14,009 nt of DNA from Fibrobacterales bacterium (GTDB lineage Bacteria > Fibrobacterota > Fibrobacteria > Fibrobacterales > JAOPTW01). Where the stretch lies: NCBI GenBank assembly GCA_051532055.1, contig JAOPTX010000073.1:1-14009 (forward strand), read 5' to 3'. Below, one piece after another: positions 7,877 to 14,009 of the stretch (positions within the stretch are counted from its first letter, which is position 1; the number at the start of each line of letters is the position of its first letter). Under the pieces are notes generated by a model, which did not search any database, was not told the origin of the DNA, and saw only the letters and a program-made list of their open reading frames with translations. A program made the translations under genes and the position numbers.

Positions 7877-7907
7877 ACATCAAGCCATAAGGGATTAGGA
7901 GGCACAT

Positions 7908-9125
7908 ATGAAAGGTATTACATTACATTTTATTATTGATGGATTAGGATGGGACATAGCATCTGAGTGCAGCACATTTTCATTTCTCAATACTCACTAT
8001 CACGAGCTTGAAACGGTACTTGGATTTAGTTCTTCGGCGATCCCTTCTATTTTAACGGGGAAAATGCCTGATGAGCATGGTCAAGGCAATCTTTTTTATA
8101 AAAGTAAAAAGAGCAGTTTTCCTTTTTTTAAACTCTACCCATTATTGCCTCGGTATCTGAGGTCTGATAATATTCCTTCAAAAATTTTGAAAAAAGGAGG
8201 ATTACTTTGCAACAAAGCCATCACTGGTTTTGAAGGATATTATCAAGCCTATGATTATCCTGTTGATCAACTCGCTACTATTGCAATTTGTGAAACAAAA
8301 AATATATTCGCCCCTCATGGTGTTTCCGGGTCGAAAACTATTATTGATACCTATACTGAAAGTAATACCAACTGGAAGTGTTATTCATATAAACAGGGGC
8401 CTGATACACAACTCCTAAAAAATCTTATTGCAGACTGTACCCAAAGTTCTGTAGAGCATTGTCTGATATATTTGTGCGAATATGATGCATTTGGTCATTC
8501 ACATGCCACAAATAGATCACTCATGATTGAAAAAGCAAATGAATATGGTCGTGCCTTACACCGTATCTATACCAAACTTTCTGAGCACTATTCTTCTGTA
8601 CAAGTCACTGTCTGTTCAGATCATGGTATGGTTCCGTTGCAAAAAACCGTAGATATTCAGGCTCTGCTCAATGCCAATAACCTCCTTCGCCCAAAAGACT
8701 ATGACGTTATACTCGACAGTTCTATGGCTCGTTTTTATGTCACCGAAAAGGGGGTGGAGTCTGAGATAATGAAGGCGCTGGCACATACCCCCGGTCGATT
8801 TTTAACTAAAGAGGAAATAGAGTACTATCATATTGATTTTAACGGAAAATATGGTAATCTCTATTTTTTACTCGATTCAGGGGTACAAATTTCGCCCAGT
8901 CATATGGGTAGAAAACCCTGCAATGGTATGCATGGTTACGATCCGGTAGATCCTCAAATGAAAGCAGTATTCATGAGTAATTACCCAATAACTGATCCTC
9001 CGAAAAGTATTTGCGACATGCACAGCGTATATAAGAAAACATTGGAGGCTACCACCCCTGTACACTTCCCCAAAAAGATATATGCACCGCTCGGATTTCC
9101 ACCTCAAACTCATCCTATTACTTAA
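7908..9125 (+). CDS. Alkaline phosphatase superfamily protein (type I phosphodiesterase / nucleotide pyrophosphatase-like), apparently cytoplasmic
   Basis: Metal-ligand motifs FIIDGLGWD, YDAFGH, CSDHGM and GMHGYDP; nucleophile helix GFSSSAIPSILTG. No signal peptide or TM segment. Strong AGGAGG RBS. Confidence 0.9.
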   Translation: MKGITLHFIIDGLGWDIASECSTFSFLNTHYHELETVLGFSSSAIPSILTGKMPDEHGQGNLFYKSKKSSFPFFKLYPLLPRYLRSDNIPSKILKKGGLLCNKAITGFEGYYQAYDYPVDQLATIAICETKNIFAPHGVSGSKTIIDTYTESNTNWKCYSYKQGPDTQLLKNLIADCTQSSVEHCLIYLCEYDAFGHSHATNRSLMIEKANEYGRALHRIYTKLSEHYSSVQVTVCSDHGMVPLQKTVDIQALLNANNLLRPKDYDVILDSSMARFYVTEKGVESEIMKALAHTPGRFLTKEEIEYYHIDFNGKYGNLYFLLDSGVQISPSHMGRKPCNGMHGYDPVDPQMKAVFMSNYPITDPPKSICDMHSVYKKTLEATTPVHFPKKIYAPLGFPPQTHPIT

Positions 9126-9132
9126 GCTCTTC

Positions 9133-9161
9133 TTGACACTTACACAAATGAACAGTATACT
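9133..9161 (+). promoter_or_regulatory. Sigma70-type promoter for the signalling cluster
   Basis: TTGACA (9133-9138), a 17-bp spacer and TATACT (9156-9161), located in the gap between the phosphodiesterase stop and the REC-HDOD start. Confidence 0.8.
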
Positions 9162-9186
9162 AAAAGAACTCAAAATACTTATGCTT

Positions 9187-10368
9187 ATGAATCACACAAT
9201 ACTCTTTGTCGATGATGACCCTTCAATTCTCAACGCCTTAAGGCGGGTGTTTCTCTTTAGTGATTATTCTGTCCATTGTGCACATTCTGGAAAAGAAGGA
9301 TTAGACATTCTAAAACACCACCAAATAGATTTAGTCATATCCGATTTTCGTATGCCGGAAATGAATGGGTATCAATTTTTAAATGAAACAATGAAGGTTT
9401 CACCACTTTCCATGCGTGTCATTCTCAGTGGTTTTATGGATAAAGACAACATCCTCAAATCTGTGATTAATGGTGTCGCCCAAAGTTACCTATTCAAGCC
9501 CTGGGATAATGAACAACTCCTTGCCTATATTCAGCATCTATTTTCAATTTATGCTACCCTAAAAAAGGCAGCCATTATCACACAACTCAATCTACCCAAA
9601 CAACTCCCCGCACCACCTCAATTATATGTAGAGCTTAATACTCTCATATCAGAGAATTCATCCCTCGAAGAAATTACTGAATGCATCGAAAAGAACCCAA
9701 CGTGTTGTACCAATATTTTACGAATCACCAATTCTGCAGTGTATGGAATGGCTACAACCAATATTCAGAAGGCGATTTCATTTATAGGGCTCAATGCACT
9801 TCGGGATATTGTTTTTTCAACAACCATTCTAGACACTACTGAAACAAAAAATAATTCTCAACTACCTTCAGATATCATTGAACACCTTATTGAAGTAAAC
9901 ACCCTGTTTAATGCCCTCTATAAATATTTCAACAATACCCCCTTAAGTACCGACCTCCGTACCCTCGGTTTCTTTCATGATATTGGAAAAGTATTTATGT
10001 GTATGATTTTTCCACAGCCCCATCCATCTGATTCATCCATAGTTGCACTCACCTCTGAGAGTGAACAGGAACTCTTTGGAATAGATCATGCACTTCTCGG
10101 CGCTGCAGTTCTCGACTGGTGGAATTTCCCTTCATATGCAATTGAGGTATCGCTCTTTCATCATAATCCGCTCCACCCCGACGTATATAATAAAGATATC
10201 ATTGGCTATATCGCCCTAGCCAATACACTCTCTGATAGTCCAACCTATTCCACATTTACCGAGACTCTTGATCCACAGCTCCTCACCTCTCTCTCAATTT
10301 CAGAAAAAGACCTCTCCACCTGTATTATTGAACTACATACAAATAAATTATATCAAGGTACCTTATGA
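9187..10368 (+). CDS. Response regulator with HDOD output domain (REC-HDOD); start revised to MNHTILFVDDD (ATG 9181 is an alternative)
   Basis: REC motifs ILFVDDD, LVISDFRMPEMNG, ILSGF and KPW. HDOD motifs LPAPPQ, IEKNP..ILRITNSAVYG, IQKAISFIG, FFHDIGK and EQELFGIDHALLGAAVLDWWNFP. The ORF-track start at 9082 lies upstream of the sigma70 promoter and inside the previous gene. Confidence 0.92.
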   Translation: MNHTILFVDDDPSILNALRRVFLFSDYSVHCAHSGKEGLDILKHHQIDLVISDFRMPEMNGYQFLNETMKVSPLSMRVILSGFMDKDNILKSVINGVAQSYLFKPWDNEQLLAYIQHLFSIYATLKKAAIITQLNLPKQLPAPPQLYVELNTLISENSSLEEITECIEKNPTCCTNILRITNSAVYGMATTNIQKAISFIGLNALRDIVFSTTILDTTETKNNSQLPSDIIEHLIEVNTLFNALYKYFNNTPLSTDLRTLGFFHDIGKVFMCMIFPQPHPSDSSIVALTSESEQELFGIDHALLGAAVLDWWNFPSYAIEVSLFHHNPLHPDVYNKDIIGYIALANTLSDSPTYSTFTETLDPQLLTSLSISEKDLSTCIIELHTNKLYQGTL

Positions 10369-11249
10369 AACACGCCATACTGATTGTTGATGATGAACCG
10401 GGAATACTCAAATCTCTACAACGAGTATTTCTCGATGAACCCTATACGGTTGATACGTGTGATCGTGGTGAGCAAGCATTAAAAATGGTTCGTTCGAATA
10501 AATATAGCATCATTATATCTGATGTTAATATGCCTCAAATGAATGGCATTGATTTTTTAAGTCTCGCCCGTGAATCTTCACCAGACAGCATCCGCATTAT
10601 ATTATCTGCATATTCCGACCTTACAACGGTATTGGACGCTATAAATAGAGGCAATGTCTGGAGATATATCACAAAGCCATGGGACAATACAGAGTTACTG
10701 ATTACCGTTAAAAATGCAATTGAACTTTATGAAGTAACCGCAGAACGCAACAAGCTCATTCTAGATTTAAAAGAGCTGAATAGTTCTCTTGAATATAAGG
10801 TCACAGAACGGACCCATGAAATTGAATCCATAAACTCGATTCAAAGTATGTTACTACAAGGAGAAAGTAGTGCATCAATTCTTCCACTCATACATTCCGA
10901 ACTACAACGTATTTTCCCAGATACTACTATTGCAGTGCATAACCGCTCCACTAATCAATGGTATCCAAACTCCAAGGAAGAATTTAAAACAGAAAAATAC
11001 ATGCAGGAATACTACCAAAAATCAATGCCCATTATTTCTAAAAATGAAGCAATTGTCCCTTTATCGTTTATCGATTCCACTCTCGGTGCCCTTCTGATTA
11101 CTCATCTAAAAGAAATGAGTTTCGATCAGACACTCCCCCATTATAAAGCTCTTTGCTCAACTCTTTCATTAGCATTATCACTTGAAGACCTCTCAAAGGA
11201 TTCATCCAGCCTCATTCATGCCATAGATGATATTATCGGTAATATGTAA
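10365..11249 (+). CDS. Response regulator: REC + signalling helix + GAF-like C-terminal region, no recognisable catalytic or DNA-binding output
   Basis: ILIVDDE, IIISDVNMPQMNG, ILSAYS and KPW; S-helix-like LEYKVTERTHEI; C-terminal AIVPLSFIDSTLGALLI resembles a GAF hairpin. ATGA overlap with the upstream gene. Confidence 0.85.
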   Translation: MKHAILIVDDEPGILKSLQRVFLDEPYTVDTCDRGEQALKMVRSNKYSIIISDVNMPQMNGIDFLSLARESSPDSIRIILSAYSDLTTVLDAINRGNVWRYITKPWDNTELLITVKNAIELYEVTAERNKLILDLKELNSSLEYKVTERTHEIESINSIQSMLLQGESSASILPLIHSELQRIFPDTTIAVHNRSTNQWYPNSKEEFKTEKYMQEYYQKSMPIISKNEAIVPLSFIDSTLGALLITHLKEMSFDQTLPHYKALCSTLSLALSLEDLSKDSSSLIHAIDDIIGNM

Positions 11250-13219
11250 TGAATTCAACAGGTACTCATAAGATACTCCGCACTACTGATTATGCTGCAT
11301 ACATCAGTAAACCGAATATGGATATTTCGGAGAGTATCATCTATGACTATTTAAAAGGCCATGGAGTAATCACTGGAATCGACTCCAAGGCTATTACATC
11401 AATCATTCATTCTAATACAACCAATGAAAACAGTACACCAACCGTTGTAGCACGTGCACAGCTTATATCCTTAGAAATAACGATACAAGGTATATCGCTC
11501 TCATTAAATGATTCTTCTCTGAAGGAGTTCATCGATTCCCTCTCAGTACCATACGAGTTTATTTCTCACTATTATGCCAATCACACATGTCTCCTTTCAA
11601 ATCGTCCAGAGTCAAACTATTTTATAGAAAAAAATAATACCATACTCAGTGTCAAAAAAAGACATCAACTTCAATCAATATTCAATGAAACCATTACCGG
11701 AACTGATATCGCTTTTTGGCTCCCTGCCTCTACAGCAATTCGTATTAAGGAGACAGACGAATATATACACTATATTGCTGATATATCTGGATATCTTAGT
11801 TATGATGGGTCAGGCTTAACAATTGTAAGCCCTATAGTTTCAACCTATGATTCAACAGAACTATCATATATCTGCTTTCCTACAAAAAATCAACCCGAAA
11901 TGATTTCCCATTTGAGCAAAGAACTCGCAGCACAATCTCCTGATGCAAATAGAGAAAAGAAAATTGAGTCCGTCATAACGAATCTCAATAACCATCAACT
12001 GTACATAGCAATCCTCAAAACGGGTAAAGCACCGGTGCATGGTCAAGAGAGTATATTACGTATTAAAGTAAAGCAAGCCTTCAAGCCTCAAGAGAATGAA
12101 CGCTCCATCAATTATAGAGATATTACTCCATACCAACCTATTACTACAGGAACCATTATCGCAGAACTCCTCCCGGGGTTCCCTTCACAATCAGGAATAG
12201 ATATCAATGGTAATACAATAGAAGCCCCACCTGTTTCCATTATTTCATTTACTTCAAATAAAAACGTATTGGTAAAACAGAAAAACGGTACACAGGTGTT
12301 AATTGCAAAAATTTCAGGTGTGCTCGATCTTGATGATACTCATGCTGACGTCATGCCAACGCTTATTATTGATGGAGATGTTAACCAAAAAACCGGGAAT
12401 ATCTCACATGATTCTGCTATTATAGTGAAAGGGTCGCTCACGAGTGGGTTTTCCATATCCACTCCATCAATAGTTATTATTGAGAATAGTATTGAAAAGA
12501 ACAGCGCCATTAGCTGTAAACACCTCACAGTAATAGGGGGTATATCTGGCCCCCTGAAAAATGTTTCACTTTCGGGAAACCTAACAACAGGCTATATTCA
12601 AAATTGCACCCTGAGGCTACCAGGCTCTCTACTCGTATACAAGTATATATTCAACTCAAACATATTTGCCCACACCAGTATTACTGTACAAGGTAATTCC
12701 ATGCGTGAAGGTAAAAAAGGTTGTGTTATTGGTGGGGTCCTCAATTGTTTTCACTCTATAGCGCTCCATTCTGCTGGCTCCTCTTTAGAAAAAACAAAGA
12801 TCATAGCCGGAATAGATAATACATTACTCGAACAATACCAAAAAGTACTTCTTACTCACCGCTCATTGGTACTCGCTATTCGCCAACATCAAAACTCAAA
12901 CACCGGGTATTCTCTTGATGCCTTAACCCCCTCTTATTTAGCCTCCCTGGATGGAGCGACTCAAGCACGCATAAAGGACAGGCTTATAACCTTAAAAAAG
13001 ATTTTGTACGACAAACAGCAGCTCGAGAAAACAATGGCCATGTTACAATCACGCTTACACAATCCATTAAAGTCGCCACCAACTATTCACATTATGAAAA
13101 GAATCATACCTGATACCCATATACAAATTTGTCAAGCACATCATACCATCACAAAAGAAGAATACACCACAACCTATACCCTTGTTCAAAATTCTATAGA
13201 GTCACAATCTCAAAAATAG
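11249..13219 (+). CDS. DUF342 / FapA-family protein with N-terminal extension
   Basis: YLKGHGVITGID, GKAPVHGQES, INYRDI, GTIIAELLPG..GIDINGNTI, IDGDVNQKTGNI...IIVKGSLTSGFSI beta-solenoid region, VIGG, AGS...TKIIAG and a C-terminal coiled coil. TAATG overlap with the upstream gene. Confidence 0.85.
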   Translation: MNSTGTHKILRTTDYAAYISKPNMDISESIIYDYLKGHGVITGIDSKAITSIIHSNTTNENSTPTVVARAQLISLEITIQGISLSLNDSSLKEFIDSLSVPYEFISHYYANHTCLLSNRPESNYFIEKNNTILSVKKRHQLQSIFNETITGTDIAFWLPASTAIRIKETDEYIHYIADISGYLSYDGSGLTIVSPIVSTYDSTELSYICFPTKNQPEMISHLSKELAAQSPDANREKKIESVITNLNNHQLYIAILKTGKAPVHGQESILRIKVKQAFKPQENERSINYRDITPYQPITTGTIIAELLPGFPSQSGIDINGNTIEAPPVSIISFTSNKNVLVKQKNGTQVLIAKISGVLDLDDTHADVMPTLIIDGDVNQKTGNISHDSAIIVKGSLTSGFSISTPSIVIIENSIEKNSAISCKHLTVIGGISGPLKNVSLSGNLTTGYIQNCTLRLPGSLLVYKYIFNSNIFAHTSITVQGNSMREGKKGCVIGGVLNCFHSIALHSAGSSLEKTKIIAGIDNTLLEQYQKVLLTHRSLVLAIRQHQNSNTGYSLDALTPSYLASLDGATQARIKDRLITLKKILYDKQQLEKTMAMLQSRLHNPLKSPPTIHIMKRIIPDTHIQICQAHHTITKEEYTTTYTLVQNSIESQSQK

Positions 13220-13229
13220 AGGATTCCCT

Positions 13230-14009
13230 ATGATACTCAGACATATATTTATAAGTATTCTTTTCCTCTGCATCCAAGGAGAGGCCAAAAAACTAACACT
13301 CTATATTAGTGCAGATAAAACCAGCGCCAAAGCCTCTGGTTCCTCAATTGAATTCGGTATTCATACCGCATTAAGTCAGATTGACTACCAAATTCAATCC
13401 TGCTCACTCTCTGTGATTTTTCTTGACCATCGAGGGAGCACACCACGGGCTCGTCATCATCTTGAAAGCATCCTAAAAGATTCCACCGCCCTAACAATGT
13501 TCTCAGGACTCCATTCACCTCCCCTTCTTGCAACACGTGATTATATCAATAGTCAGCAATTCCCAGTGCTCGACCCATGGGCTGCAGCCGCACCGATAAC
13601 CCGCCCACCGAAGGGTGAAAACTGGATTTTCAGGCTATCAATAGATGACAGCAAGGCCGGTCTATTTATAGCGAAACATGCTATACAACGTGAGAAGTAT
13701 AAGCGCCCTTATCTCATACTCGAAGATACAGGTTGGGGACGTTCGAATAATAAATCTATGTCTGCGGCGTTAAAACTATTGAAAACTCCGAGTATGGGTG
13801 TGTCGTGGTTTAACTGGAGCCTGGGAATAAACCAAGCAAAACAGTTATTACGAAAAGCCCACCAATCAGGAGCTGATGTACTCTTTTTTGTTGGCAACGC
13901 CCCCGAAGGTAAAATATTTGCCCAAGGCATGTATGACCTACCCAAGAACGAACGTCTCCCCATTCGTAGTCATTGGGGAATAACCGGAGGTGATTTTCCT
14001 AAGGTTATA
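13230..14009 (+). CDS. Type 1 periplasmic binding protein (LivK-like ABC substrate-binding / sensor protein), 3'-truncated
   Basis: Not in the ORF track because it has no stop in the window. ATG at 13230 follows AGAGGA and opens 260 codons: MILRHIFISILFLCIQGEA-KK (signal-peptide-like), LDHRGS, FSGLHSPP, PWAAAAPIT, NWIFRLSIDD, LEDTGWGRSN, GADVLFFVGN, SHWGITGG. Confidence 0.85.
   Translation, partial: MILRHIFISILFLCIQGEAKKLTLYISADKTSAKASGSSIEFGIHTALSQIDYQIQSCSLSVIFLDHRGSTPRARHHLESILKDSTALTMFSGLHSPPLLATRDYINSQQFPVLDPWAAAAPITRPPKGENWIFRLSIDDSKAGLFIAKHAIQREKYKRPYLILEDTGWGRSNNKSMSAALKLLKTPSMGVSWFNWSLGINQAKQLLRKAHQSGADVLFFVGNAPEGKIFAQGMYDLPKNERLPIRSHWGITGGDFPKVI

Larger units (their letters stand above)
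7696..7877. repeat. Imperfect inverted repeat formed by the two promoter modules (arms 7696-7735 and 7840-7877)
   Basis: Left arm reverse complement is CCGTTTGTTGAACTCAAATAGATTGGCACTCATTTTGCAA; right arm is CCGTTGTTGCTCAAATAGTAGTGGTATGAAATTTGCAA. The perfect 9-bp core is CTATTTGAG (7715-7723) / CTCAAATAG (7849-7857). Confidence 0.75.

Noticed and set aside
9600..10368. HDOD domain as an HD-GYP c-di-GMP phosphodiesterase
   Set aside because: HDIGK is present but there is no HHE..DGxGYP motif, and the flanking motifs are HDOD-type.
1725..13963. Short ORF-track entries (1725, 2536, 2751, 4602, 6143, 6372, 7568, 8230, 8877, 10870, 11864, 12340, 13306, 13709)
   Set aside because: All lie mostly or wholly antisense to, or out of frame within, well-supported genes or the promoter region, and show no recognisable motifs.
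1..14009. rRNA, tRNA, CRISPR arrays, transposases, intrinsic terminators
   Set aside because: None recognised. The window is almost fully coding, and I saw no convincing hairpin plus U-tract in the gaps.

Overview
AT-rich bacterial DNA holding a surface-polysaccharide (EPS/capsule-type) locus back-to-back with a signalling cluster. A 5'-truncated Wzx-type flippase (+) abuts tail-to-tail a six-gene minus-strand operon: WecA/TagO initiating transferase, GT2, a Pol-beta-fold nucleotidyltransferase-like protein, two GT4s and a REC-GGDEF diguanylate cyclase. The 233-bp divergent spacer (7675-7907) carries two consensus-spaced sigma54 promoters that are near mirror copies of each other, with three phased TCA-WWW-TGA-like boxes midway between them. 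The rightward sigma54 promoter drives a cytoplasmic alkaline-phosphatase/nucleotide-pyrophosphatase superfamily enzyme. A near-consensus sigma70 promoter then precedes REC-HDOD, REC-coiled-coil-GAF-like, an extended DUF342/FapA protein and a 3'-truncated periplasmic binding protein missing from the ORF track. The best candidate for an undescribed system is the sigma54 co-regulated NTase + phosphodiesterase-fold pair within a glycan pathway that carries its own c-di-GMP synthase. All calls come from motif reading only; no database searches were run and the organism cannot be identified.
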